Source: Hydrolagus colliei
Taxonomy: Eukaryota
Direction: 5' to 3'
Assembly: GCA_035084275.1 (NCBI GenBank)
Contig: CM068757.1
Span: forward strand, 4,030,001 to 4,094,000
DNA: 64,000 nucleotides
The notes beneath the pieces were generated by a model. The model searched no databases, was not told the origin of the DNA, and saw only the letters and a list, made by a program, of their open reading frames with translations. Shown here one piece after another: positions 13,251 to 25,807 of this stretch. The translations under genes were made by a program, and so were the position numbers. Every line of letters starts with the position of its first letter. The stretch's first letter is position 1.

Positions 13251-15551
13251 TATTATATGGTAAATAAATTGTATTGTATGTGATGCACAATACAGTCACA
13301 GAAGCAACTCCCATTATAGTATTTAAGGGAATCCCTCCAACTATTGTCTGTCACAAATGAGCATTATAGGACTAGTATTCTCAAGTTAATGAACTTTCCA
13401 CTGCCCCAATAATAACATTCATGTGAAATACATTTCTAAAATGTTCTGATATCCCGTCATTCTCTCTTGCTATGAATATGCTCCAAATCAAAGGTTCATT
13501 TATGCCTTACAAGTCAACAGGAAGCACTGATTTCTGTAATCTTGATAATACCAAAAGCAAACCATTAACATGTTCCAGCAATGATCTATTTACTGAAAGT
13601 CTCACGCCAGGCTGCGTGTGACCGCACAAAGATCCCGGGTTGAGCTTTGAAACACAAAAGTTGCAACGTAGGTGATTTGGAAAGGAACGTTGCCTTAAAT
13701 CATCTTCTTCAGTTACAAAATGAATTGCTGTAAAAGCACACTTTCTTCACAGTGGGTGCAATTTTCTGTCTATAATTAAGATAGTAATTTATGGAAAATG
13801 AGCAGCAGACATAGTTGTGTGAATATTTTCTTCTCAGACTGTTTGTTCTGGCATGGCGCAGTGCAGGATATGACTTAATTGTAGCATTTTCATTTTTCAT
13901 TTCCTTGCTAAGTTTATGGAAGATGTTAATACCAACTGTGAATACAAAGAGCAGGAAGCTAATCAGACTTGTATCTGGAAACGTGAAATTGTCCCATGGT
14001 TGAGATAAATCTTGAATCCGCACAAAAATGTAGTTGATCATACTTAGGCGAGGTGAGAGTGAATAAATGGTACGTTAAATTATTCTTTTAGTAATTCCAT
14101 TCACTGATGCATACGTACACCTGTTCCTAGATATCTGAATTTAATTAGATAAACAGATTTTATAAAAGTCTCGATTCCCCTGATGCTTTTATCGGTGAAT
14201 TAAAAAAGTCAATGGAATACATTAACTGTCTTTAGATTTTTATTCCATAGTAGTTAACTCATTGTTGAGTACTTCATGCAAAAACTGTGCAAAGTATTAT
14301 GTCTACTCAATAATTAAATTTTAGTTGGTCATTAAATATACGCTTACCCAGTGGGATAAAGAGGAAGTCACCAACCACAATAGTTTGCCTTCATTTTGCC
14401 TCCTATCATTTTGGAAGTCTTCTCATTACCAATATCCAACTGCATTTTATATTTGTGTACTGTAACGTTGGTAAAACAACAACAACAACTTACATTTATA
14501 AGCGCCCTTTGTGCTGGGTAGTATTTTGCAGTGCTCAACAGCCTAAATATTTGGAATTAACTTGTTCATTACAGCTGCACTTAAATATAGAGTATTTCCA
14601 TGAATATACTGCAATGTAGAATATATATATATTGATGTATGTTCTTTTAGGATTAAAAATGTATATATTACTTACCTGCCCAATACAATATTTGGTCAGC
14701 TTTGTGAAATCACTGGACTGTATTGATTGTGACCCTGCAATTTAAGAAAAGGGTTGATTATGATTTGCAGTTAAAAAGTTTGGATTTCGTCCAATTAAAT
14801 TAATCTGTAAATTATTCTCATAGCACTTGGTATAAACAACAGTAAAGAAGTGGACAGCACTGATGACAGTTGGGTTTATTGCCGTTCGCTCATGGGCTAG
14901 TTATCTCGAAAAAGGTGATGGTGGCAGGAGATCTTCTCCTTGAAACCAACGTACCAATGGTGATCCCATAATGTTATTTAACACAGAAGTTTTGACTCTG
15001 GTGTTAAACACCTACTAAAATCCACCCATTGCTTATTGCATTAGCCTCTTAAATCCTCTTGCACCACATGCAATGGTTTGCAAAGAATTCTTGCTCAAGT
15101 TTCTGAGTGGGATGCATGTGGAGGCAGAGTGTCTCACTGGAGTCGATTGAAAACCACACAAGCTGTCTTGCGCCACAGCATGCATACCTCCTGTTGGCTG
15201 AGCCTGAAAAGGAGTTGGAGTTAACAGCCATGGAAAATTCCTCAACTTGTTTGCTCAAACAATAAGCTGGATGAGGCTGTGCTTGAGTTGAAGCTCACAA
15301 AAGTGAATATTTTGGTGCCATAAGAAATCATATGAAAGAAAAATGGAATCTTGATATTGAAATGAATTCACTAAACTCGTGCTTTAACGCTGGTTAACGC
15401 GGGGAAGGAAATAATATTGGTATATAAATGAAGATAATAAAGAAATACTTTCTATAAGAAAGTTTGTGTGAGAATCTACTAGCTTTGATTCCATTGCTGC
15501 GCACAAGTGCACGCAATTGCTTTGCCGAAATCAGCTTGATTGAGAAAACGT

Positions 15552-15871
15552 GGAGTTCTGTAGCTCAGTGGTTAAAGTACTCGCCTTATAAGCGTGAGAC
15601 CTGTGTTTCGAATCCAGGCAGGTCAGGGTGAAACCGTGGGCAAGTTTCCTTATTCCACATGTCTAATAGTAATCCGTTCCCCCCAAAAAACTATAATAAA
15701 TTGGTCATTTAAATCCACGACTGTTGTGGGACACTGCTGCATGCAGTTGGCTACCCCGTTTCGCCCACATAATATACAGTCAATTCACTTTACAGTACAT
15801 TCTGTGAAGCTCTTTGATTCGTCTAAAAGACATGAAAAGCGCTATATCAAATGCAAGGATTATTATTATTA
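15552..15871 (+). mobile_element. Full-length tRNA-derived SINE
   Basis: GGAGTTCTGTAGCTCAGTGG A box, GTTTCGAATCC B box, shared body, (TTA)n tail. Confidence 0.92.
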
Positions 15872-16558
15872 TGTTTCTGGTTTGCGCACTTCTCGGCCAG
15901 AAACCATGGTTATCAGCAAAGCAACTGCGCAATTTGAGTTGAGATCTGACAATATAAATTGTGATGGGTGTCCTACAGTATTAAAACTAAAACCCTATTA
16001 CCCAGATAGGGGATTTTATCTTTTTTAACCTATTATAATAATTTTTGAATTTGATATGGTGCCTTATCACATCATTGAGATATCTCAATGCGATTCACTG
16101 TATCGTGGATTGACTGAGTATTCGTGGGTGAAACACAGCAGCCAATATGGAAGGAAAAGTATTGTTGGGAATGCTGGTCCTCTGTTGTCCACTCAGCAAG
16201 TAGGACTCGATTCCTAAAAGAGAACAACACTCAATAGAATTGCGGCAGAGCTTTGCTAGGTAAATAACATGATTACCAGGAAGCTTAGTTGCGAACTGTT
16301 TGTCAATTCTGTTTTGCAGAGAATTAAGAAAAGTGGAAGAATGAGAGAAAGAGAACCTGAGGTGAAATAGCTAGCCGAAGTCAGAGTCTAGGTACAGCAG
16401 ACTTTAGAAGAGATTGCTTATTGCTTATGGCAGCCAACTGTAGAATCATCATCCAATCATTCATATCGTTAATCTTGATTTTTTTTGGTCAAACATTTGG
16501 ACTCAACCAGAGAGTGAAGTATATCAGTGCTGACGACCTTCAGTTTTGATACCTAAAG

Positions 16559-16632
16559 TCAACAACAACAGCAGCAACAACAACAACAAGAACAACAACA
16601 ACAATAACATTACATTTGTATATAGCGCCTTC
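16559..16632 (-). repeat. Expanded (AAC)n microsatellite grown from an L2-type 3' tail
   Basis: About 50 nt of imperfect AAC repeats directly followed by ATTACATTTGTATATAGCGCCTT. Confidence 0.8.
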
Positions 16633-17198
16633 GAGTCCTCTTGGCCAGGTGCAGGCAGAATCAAGCTGTTTCTAATTTGTCCGATAACCTCACTCTCGAA
16701 AGAGAGCTTATCCCGTGCTTCACCCTGTAAAGTTATGAGCCGTTGCTTTAGCTTGTCAAAGACCAGAAGTACCCAAAGGGCACTTTAGTGCCAAAGTCTG
16801 TACCAGCACATGTTGTATTTTCCAGACATAGGAACGCGAAGGACTTCCCTAGGGGGAAGGAATTGCATCCCAGGCTGGCTTTGCTGCTGTGAGTTCTTGG
16901 AAGCTGAAACTAAAACGTCTTAAGAAGGCTGTCAGTTGACCGAACAATAATACAGTACCGTGTGCCTTTTTGGAGCAATTCAGGACACGCGGGCTGTTCG
17001 TAAGTGATGCCTGGAGAGTGAACCTAAATGCTTGTAGACAGGCTTCGAAGAAGGGAGAAGCTACACAGTGAACGGATGTAAACTTTAAACTGTCGTTGGG
17101 GAAGTAAACACTATGCCGTCAACAGCAACAACAAAATTACGTTTATGGAGTGCCTTTCACGTCGGGAAGAGAACAAGAACAAAAGCAGCACTGAGTGT

Positions 17199-17445
17199 AG
17201 TAATAATAATAATAATCCTTGCATTTGCTACAGCGCCTCATCACATTGTCAAGTTGTTGCAGAGTGCTTCACAAGATGTATTGTAAAGTGGTTTGACTGG
17301 GTATTTTGTGGACGAAACACGGCAGCCGATTGTGCACAGCAATGTCCCACATACAGCCTATTTGAGTGACCAATTTTATTTGGGAGATTGATGGCTAAGG
17401 CAGTGCGAGCAACTCCCTACTCTTTGCGAATAGTGCCATGGGATA
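17199..17445 (-). mobile_element. SINE 3' half, Deu-domain-containing variant
   Basis: Standard tail plus AACTCCCTACTCTTTGCGAATAGTGCCATGGGAT (antisense Deu 3' core). Confidence 0.82.
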
Positions 17446-20400
17446 AACTGTTTTTGCTCGGATTATGTGGTGAAATGGTTTTAGGGAAATAAAAAATGGT
17501 AAGAGTGGAACAAGGAGTCAATGGCTATCACTTTCAATCCAAAACGTGCCCAGAGTTAGGGAACAAAATATTCCGAAATTCTAGCTGTGTTATTTCCCTA
17601 TTGATGTATCCATGGCTATGAGTTGTTTGGAGATGCACGAGTTGGTTAAGGTTATAATTAATGACCAGAGAGCAGCAGTAGAAAAAGTACAAGGAAGGTA
17701 GGTAGGAAGTTTGATTACATGATGGAAAAAATAGAACGAGAAGCAGATGCACCAGATTGGAGCGCCAGAGCCAGAGTTTGGGTTTTGCTTGACATATTTA
17801 GGGTTTCAGCAATGGGTATTGGCAGTAATCTTATAAATAGTAAAAAACTGTAGGTGGATTTTGGCGACGAGAAGCATTCCAAAACAACAGGAGCAACAAA
17901 TTCAAGGCCAATTATTGTGGTTTATGATTGCCTTTTTATCTCATCGGGTAAATATGCATATAGAGGCCAATCTATGTACCATTACATCTGCCGAGCTGTT
18001 GGAAGAGTAGGGTTTATGTAAAGTCTATATCAATCCAAAGGTATACGTTTTTAAACATACTCTACATCTAACTACCTGTACAAGGAATAAACGTAGAAGG
18101 ATTCTCAATCTAATGCAGTGGTAGGTGTATAGTACAAACATACAGGTTGGTGAGAACAATGGCTGAACATTGCAAATAACTACTGTCGTATATGTGTGTC
18201 CCTTGGGCCGTGCTCTTTCTCCTCAAGTTGTTTATCTGCCTGTTAGCCAGTAGATTACAAGAGAAGGCTGTTGGCACCTTTGCCTGAGTTTCTGTTGGCA
18301 TTACATCATATGAAATGTTTTGCTCTAGTTGAGCAATAACAGAACAAACTTGCAGTTGAGATTTCTGGGCAGTATATGCATCCATTCCTGGACTTTCTGA
18401 TGGTTGATCTGACTTAAGCAATTTATACCAAAGGAACAATTGTTGGGAACATGAAACAGACATTACATACAAAAAGGGTCACTAAGATCCTCAGCCCTGT
18501 TTTACTTGCCTTCCTCACCATGTTTCTCTGTTTTTTCCCCTCGCAGAAACAAACAGATGTGTCGCTTGTTCATTCAAAATAAGAAACAGTTACAGAGACT
18601 TGTTATATATAATGTGAAGCTAAAATATTATTCATCTTTACCAACAATATGGTGGACTCCATGTTTGAATTCCTCTTTCGAAATGCCATTTTATGCTCTG
18701 AAACAGTTACAATCAATTATAATCAGAAAATATGTACTGTCAGGACCACATCCAGAACCAGATGATTGAAAAAAATCAGAACTCAAACTCGATACAACTA
18801 AATCTAATTCAAAGACAAGAACAATAACATTCAGCAATAATTTGGTTACTTTTAATAAACCTGGCTACGAGCAAAGTGATGAAATGCTATGTAACTATTT
18901 TTTCGTTGTTTGCGTTCACGCTTGCCCCTTCATGTTCTAGATAAGTAATTTCATTAGGTTTTTATCAGTTTTACACAGGCAAGTATTGGCGTTAACCAGG
19001 CTTTGGATATTATTGCAACCCTCACACCTGTGTTCAGAAAGAAAGGTGGCACGAGATGTCACTGGTGACTGAGCGAGTGGATGTATGTTTATTATGAGTT
19101 AAGAACAAAGTTGTTCAATATTCTACCTTCCCATCCCCAAAGGAATAGGGCGTACTGCACACTGGCACTCTCAAAATAAATGTTTGCGTAATGCTTGACT
19201 TGCTTGTTGTGGTTCTTGATAGATTAATCTCCGTGGTAACCGCATGATAAGCCACAAGTTGGCCAAAATTATATGTCTTTTAAAATGTCAATTCCAACAA
19301 TTGGAGATGTTTGACTCACCTGCGTTAACAAAAGGTGAAATGGGAAAGGACTTCCAGTTATCGATGTTACTATGCTCCAAATTGCTGACAGATCCACCAA
19401 CATCAACTGGTGAAATTCAGGGTATTGTCAGAGGCCAGCCAGCTAATAAATTTTGAGTCACTAAGAAAAAAATGGGTGGGGTGGGAGGGCGGGGAACCGT
19501 ACATAAATATTTTTAATTCCTAATTTGTGTTTTTGCAAAAAAAACTGTTCTTCAAACTAGAGTTGTGAATTCGATGTCAGTGCGGCAAATTGATGATTGC
19601 ATGGAAAGACTAGTTTGGTGATTAGTGATATAACATTAAATCTCTCGTCCCAGAGCAATATCACGCAACCCCTATTCCCATACTTCCTGGAACTGATTGA
19701 TTTATATTTTAGCTTTTTGATACTTTTCCAGATGGAAATCGCACATTTATCCAACAAATATTTTGCCAAGACATCTGGTGTCCCCACTTCTACTCAGAAA
19801 TCTGTACTCCCAGAGTATATTTATGTGTTCATAACGACTAGGTTGAATGAAAACATATAGCCTAGTTTCAATCAAGAAAGATTACAAATCATGTTTGAAT
19901 TGAATGGTACAAAGCTTGTTGAATGCTACTGAAAGAAATCACACTTCCTTTTGACTAACTGTGCAAGTAGTTTTGGACCTTATGCATCACGACTTTGGAG
20001 TGAATTCATGGGATTCATACCATTGGGAACACTTTCATTTTGACTTTAAAGTGACAAATATTAATTGAACCTCTTATAGCAATTGAATTAGACAGTGATG
20101 GATGATTTTTTTTTATCAACTCTTGTCGCCTTGCAGTAAAGATGACTTAGTATACTTACAGGTAACCCTAACTTGATAATAACATCCTCTGCCCATTCAG
20201 ACCTAACTGGCCAGGGAATAGGCCTACTCTCTAGTTGCAGATGCATCCACAAACAACTGGGCTGAAACTACTTGCATTGAATTCACTTTTGATTTTTAAA
20301 ATAATATCAAAAAGAAACGAAACGCAGCAGGAAATTACAATTGTCCAAACAAGGCCTATTCACATGGTTGTGAATAAAAGACATTGATTATGGAAACCAC

Positions 20401-21489
20401 AGTTTATGATGTTTCTTGTTTTGCCAATAATTGTGCATGTCCAAGGACAATAAAGATTGTTGTGGTTTTCAGATCATCAACTAAAATGCTTCCATATTTC
20501 TTTCCCTCAGTTCTGAAATAAGGTATAATTTGCAGTAAATGCCAAGTTGCAGATTCTCATGAAACCAGCTACCGAACAGATTTTCTTAGTTATTTGTGTC
20601 GGTCCTCATACAGTACATTGCTTATTTATATTCTTGAAGAATATCCTATTCCCTATGTGCTTTGTATTCAAAATGTCAAAGTTGGATGCACTGTGAATAT
20701 TTGAGAGTCTGGACACATGGGAGTGCAAAGGATATCAAAATATTACCTGGCTAAAATTCTAGTGATGGCTTTAACGATCTCTTATCATTGCCAATGTGTA
20801 CTTAAATATTTTAATATAATTGAAAATTCTTCCATTGAGTTATGAAAATTGCTTTCAAAATACGATGCATTTTTGAGGTTGCTGAACAATGTGCAATTTT
20901 CGTAAGTGCATTAGGATTAAAGCAAAGAAGTGTAGTGTGCCGCATTTAAATGTATAATTTTATGCCAAAATAAATTGGAAATAATTGCCACCAGTGCTTA
21001 TTTAGGACTCAAATGTTTCCATATTTGCTTTCCTAAACTTTGAAATGTATATTTCTCAGACCTTATGCATTTCAGCGCAAGAGTTGTCTGATTTCGAAGT
21101 GAACAGAATTTCCTTACAAATCCATCTATAATTTTAAAATCAAGCCTGGATTTCTGGTTCAATGGTTTAAACCTCTGGATGTCTTTAACTTTTTGCTGTA
21201 GTGTTGAAGGTAATGATGTGCATAAAGCACTTTTTTGCTCTTAGTTTGTTTTCCCTCCTTCAAGGCAGTGATTTACTCGGAGTTGTGGTTCAATGGAATG
21301 CATCTACACTGCTGTACCTCATCCAAGTTTGGGATTTTTTCTTTAGTTTAACTCTAGACAGTGAATACTGGCAAGTTATTCTATGACGGAGTGGTGCAAA
21401 CGAGTCTCATTCTGTTCTCATGCAACGATATATATATATAATTTTAAATGGAGTTGAAAAGATAAACCGAGAACATTACTTTCAGATGC

Positions 21490-21725
21490 ACCAAATCAAC
21501 AGAATAAGGGGATATGCGTCCAGAGTTGCAAAGGGCAATTTTCGGGACCTATTTTTGTACCCAGAAGGATAATTAGTGATTGGAATAGGTTACCAGGAAG
21601 GCTGGGAAACGGGACACATAAGAAACTTGATGTTGCCGTGATGGGAAATTGGGGAGTATTCTGGAAGGATAAAAACAAATGGGTTTTAAGGATCTTCGTC
21701 TTTTGATTGCCTCTTGTGATCTTGT
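21490..21725 (+). mobile_element. CR1 LINE 3' end remnant
   Basis: AAGGGGATATG...TTTTTGTACCCAGAAGGATAATTAGTGATTGGAATAGGTTACC corresponds to the FF..R.V..WN.LP C-terminus of CR1 ORF2, followed by 3'UTR-like sequence. Confidence 0.6.
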
Positions 21726-22035
21726 AGCTCAGTCCTGTAGCTCAGTGATTAGAGCACACACCTTACAAGTGAGAGACCTGGGTTCAGTTCCACGCAGATC
21801 AGGGCAAACCCTTGGACAAGTTTCCTTATTCCACATGCCTAATAATAATCCCTCAAAAAATAAACAATAGTAAATTACACTGCAATCCACGACTATTTGT
21901 GGGACACCTGCTGTGCGCAATTGGCTGCCATGTTTTGCCCACATAAAAGCATTCTGTGAAGTGCTTTGAGACGTCTAGAAGATGTGATAGATGATGTGAG
22001 AAGGCACTATATCAAATGCAAGGATTATTATTATT
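21722..22035 (+). mobile_element. Full-length tRNA-derived SINE with duplicated 5' stub
   Basis: TTGTAGCTCAGT-CCTGTAGCTCAGTGATTAGAGC head, GGTTCAGTTCC B box, shared body and tail. Confidence 0.9.
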
Positions 22036-22767
22036 TATATGTGCCATTCAATGGCACTTTCTAGCAGGGATTAGTGGACCAGGGGTGGATTTCCTGACAA
22101 AATCTTTTTGCCCGTCATTCTCGTTTGGTTAATTCGTTTATAACATACAGTTCCTGTTAGGAAAATAGAGGGAGGGAGGTTAAGTCCATCTACTTCAAGA
22201 CGTTTTACAATTTCTCTTGTTCGTTTGAGGAATGTACTCTTTTTTTATCCCCCTCCCCCCACCTTACCAAACTTTATCTTTATATCTCTTGGTTTGTGCT
22301 GCAGCTGTTAGTAAATATTTTACACTGCTTTTGGCAGTGTGTGTTATCCATTGCACAACAATTTGTGATGACTCTTTGATCTTTCTGATAATATTCTTAA
22401 TAAGCCCTTTTTGCTTCCTTTTCATCTTGCCTTTCAGTCAAATGACTATCAGCGCTACTGGGTTTAAAGAAAGCGAGTCTGTAATTAGCATTGAGCGATG
22501 ATGTTTGTAGTGTTTACTTTGACGGGGAGCGGAAATGATGTTTTGTTCATGTAATTTTGCAGTTCCCTCTTTAGGAATGAGAGTTAACATAAGGTGTGTA
22601 AGCATTCTACACCATACAGGCATTTGCAACCCATAAATATGTCAGATGTGAATAATGGTGTCAACAATTCTAAGGTTGAAGCCTTTGAAACATATCTAGT
22701 TTCTGCTCTTTGGTGATAAATTATAATATGTGACAAAGAGAGGAAGGAAAATAACTGAAAGACATGT

Positions 22768-22912
22768 TACATAGAAATAGGGGTAGGCCATTCAGCCCTT
22801 TGAGCCTGTTCTGCCTTTCTATAAGATCTGTACCTCAACTCCAATTACCCGCCCTTGCCCCGTATCCCTTTAATACCCTCACCTAACAAACATCTATCCA
22901 CCTCAATCTTGT
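22768..22912 (-). mobile_element. CR1 LINE 3' end
   Basis: TAGGCCATTCAGCCC..GAGCCTGTTCTGCC...TGTACCTCAACTCC...TATCCACCTCAATCTTG; antisense to the CR1 end at 37935-38465. Confidence 0.75.
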
Positions 22913-23764
22913 TCAAGTAGAAAATAATGTTTGGAATGACAGTATGGTAAAAATTATATTTCGTAATTATGATTAACTTTCGCTTTTAGGTGAGGCTAAA
23001 GAAAATATTATTGTGGTTTGAAATTTACTTGGAGTGTTGGCAGATAAATAGTTTGAGCCACATTTTTCGATAAGACTCTGATTGGTTCAAAAAGCTTCAA
23101 TCAGCTCAGTGCTCAGCTCAACCTCGGCTGCTGTCCTGCTCAAGACAACAAGAACTTGCATTTATATGGCGTCTCAGAGCGCTTCAAGACTGTTTCAAGC
23201 TGTGTGTTCACCCAGATTTTAATATGCTCAGATCCATGTTACAGTTCAGCTCCAGTGATTTCTTTTTAATATACAAGTCTTTCACATTGAGGGAATGTCT
23301 CAAAGTGCTTCACGGGATTTACTGTGAAGTATAGTACTAGTGACTGTAACGAAATGCAACATATTCAAGAACAGCCATTATTTCCACTATCTGTAGAACA
23401 CCTGATTTTGCCGAGGATGAAAGTATACCAGAGGCAGAGTTTTGTGCCATTTTCCTATAGAAAAATAGCCTGTTCTCAATCAGTATGAAATTAATAGTTG
23501 AATGACGTTTGTTAGTTACCAGTTGTTTCAATTGCCAACGACCATTTAGTTGAGAAGAGTTTAATTCCTCCATTGTTCATATTTTGCCATAATTATTGCT
23601 ATTAAAAACAATGACCGCTCAAGGGAGTGCAAAGGACGAGACTGTTCTGTTTTTTGTGGCTGTTTACATGGGATCTATGACAAAACTGAGTAGATTGGAA
23701 GGTTGGAAACTCCCAATCTTTGCTTTTGATTTCACATAAAAATTGAGGGAAACCTATTGCCCCG

Positions 23765-23812
23765 CTAATATATTCCCTCACTAATATATTCCCTCACTAA
23801 TATATTCTCTCA
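23765..23812. repeat. 16-bp tandem repeat x3
   Basis: CTAATATATTCCCTCA x2 followed by CTAATATATTCTCTCA. Confidence 0.9.
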
Positions 23813-25055
23813 ATGCAAGTCGAAATGCAGTTAGTCCTCTTTTCTTTTTTAATCTGGAAAAACATCAAGCTCAAGCAAGATACTCAATAATATTGAAACG
23901 GACACACACTCAGCCCCTGGAGAATTATACATTTTTCTCCGAGTTTTCTTTTAAAAAAAGACAAGCGGAGCAGTCCTACTTTGATGATTTATGATTGCTG
24001 TCTGTCTAAAATCACTGGGGAACAATCCATACATTGTACTGAACCAAGTCCTGCAAAAGGCCCCTCTTTTCCTGCTGCTGTGAAGATGTATTTTCCATAA
24101 CTAACATTCCACAGAGACTTTAGCTCCTCTATGTCTGAATAATGGAGTGAGTGGACCATCTGCTAGTCCATGTAATGTATCATAAATGCAGTACCACAGC
24201 AGTGTTTATCTTGGAATTTTTTTTAAAATGGGAAGGATGAAGGAATGGGATATTTCATTTGGAAAATGTCTCCATCTGCTGGGGTTTAATGGGACAGTAA
24301 CGTTCATTGAGGTGCCTTCAGATTATTGTACAGTAATTGTAATTGGTTGTTAAACCAGACAAAATAATATGACACAATACTAGGAGGGGAACTATGTGAA
24401 TTATAACATGGTACAGTACATAACAAAATTCATTTGTGTTCGAAATATAGTCATTCGCTCTTACCATTACCATTCAGAACGATTTAGCAAAACATGCCAA
24501 CTACTGTATACCTCAACTAAACAACAACAACATCGCACTTATATAGCGCCTTTCACGTCGGGAGGACGTCCCAAAGCGCGGTAAACTAGATTATGTGAAT
24601 ACGGGTTATCTCTCACCCTGCCCCCCCCACCACCCAAAAAAAAACTAAAGTAATTTAACCATCTACATGCACATCATTCCATTTGTCGCCCTGTTTAAAA
24701 AGGAATGCTTCTCTTTGTAGTCCCACAGAATTTCAGTTTACAGCCCCCTCTATTCCCTCCTCAAACAAATCTCTTGAGACTTAGGTGCAAGTTGATGGAC
24801 GTCTCCATTGATGCACCCAGTGTTTTGCCCCAGGGCTACCGTTGCTGTTCAAATTACTGTGGCCGTGCTCTCATTTTTTTTTAACTGTGAAGCGGTGCGA
24901 TTGTGTCTTTGTGACTGAATTTGGCAGCCAATTTTCACACGGTACTTTCCGCCCCGAAAAACAGCCCTGAAGCGAAGGGTCAACTTTACTCGGGAGGATC
25001 GTCGGTCGGGACGCCGGAGGAACGTCCTTCTCTATTTTGGAACCGCGGGGCTGGG

Positions 25056-25275
25056 ATTCATAGATTCATAGATTCATAGAATTTTATGGCACAAAAGGAG
25101 GCCATTCGGCCCATCTAGTCTGTGCCGGCTCTTTGAAAAGAGCGATTCAATCCCACTGCCCTGCCCGCTCCCCATAGCCTAATAGACCTGTTCTCCCTAA
25201 ATAAAGATCTAATTCCCTTTTAAAAGTTGTTATCGAATCAGCCTCCACCACCTTTTCAGGCAATGCATTCCATTA
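25056..25275 (-). mobile_element. CR1 LINE 3' end with 8-bp terminal microsatellite
   Basis: (ATTCATAG)3 then GGAGGCCATTCGGCCC...GCCTCCACCACCTTTTCAGGCAATGCATTCC; short terminal repeats are typical of CR1 3' ends. Confidence 0.8.
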
Positions 25276-25332
25276 TACCGTGAACCTGTGCCGGGCAAGA
25301 GGGCGGCTGTGGGTGTAGCTGTGGTGCTGCGG

Positions 25333-25510
25333 TAATAATAATAAAATCCGCGCGGTTGATATAGAGACGCCTTATTTATCACGCCTTCCAGACTGCGTCT
25401 CAAGGCGCTTCACTGGATACATTGTCAAGCGCGTTGGCTGCGCGTTTCGTGGGGGAAACGCGGCAGCCCATTGCGCACAGCGGCGTCCCACAAACAGCCG
25501 TGGACTGAGT
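25333..25510 (-). mobile_element. SINE 3' half, CpG-rich copy
   Basis: TAATAATAATAAAATCC...AAACGCGGCAGCCCATTGCGCACAGCGGCGTCCCACAAACAGCCGTGGA. Confidence 0.8.
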
Positions 25511-25807
25511 GCTGTAGCCACTATGGTGGGGTCTGTAGTGACTGTGGGGGCTATGGCTGTGGGGGAGTGGGGGGGGGGGGGGGGCTGTGAGACAGTGGCT
25601 GGTGCAGTGGCTTGGCGCTGTCGGCAGGTGGCGCTGTGTGTGGAGCGGGTTCCCTGTGGCCACTGTGGGGCTGTTGGGTTTCCGGGTGTCTGTGTGGTGG
25701 GGGGGGTGGGGGTGGGTGTTGTTTGTCGCGGCTGGACATGGCCCCGGGAGCGGCTGAACAGCAGGTGTGAGATGGCGATCAGCCGCCAGGTACCGGAGAG
25801 AGAGACG

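Larger units (their letters stand above)
24890..25800 (+). promoter_or_regulatory. CpG/GC-rich island; probable EXT2 promoter and non-coding exon 1 (candidate donor after 25789)
   Basis: The only extended CpG-rich stretch in the window, about 7 kb upstream of the first coding exon, which needs an upstream donor; YY1-like GAGATGGCG at 25769-25777; CAG|gtaccg at 25789/25790. TSS not determinable from sequence. Confidence 0.55.

Noticed and set aside
15552-15625. tRNA-like cloverleaf sequences (also near 11720-11789, 21730, 43253, 57980)
   Set aside because: They are SINE heads: acceptor stems are imperfect, anticodons vary between copies (TAC, TAT, TGC), and each runs into the SINE body.
15594-16028. 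144-aa ORF and similar ORFs sharing VGHCC.QLA or GTLLCAIGC motifs (e.g. 11544, 12987, 57692)
   Set aside because: The shared peptides come from translating copies of the same SINE, not from a protein family.
19244-19456. Possible ACCS exon (GKDFQLS resembling RPFQLT)
   Set aside because: Only a three-residue resemblance; the surrounding sequence and splice sites do not fit.
23765-23812. CRISPR-like array
   Set aside because: Direct tandem repeats without spacers, in a vertebrate genome.
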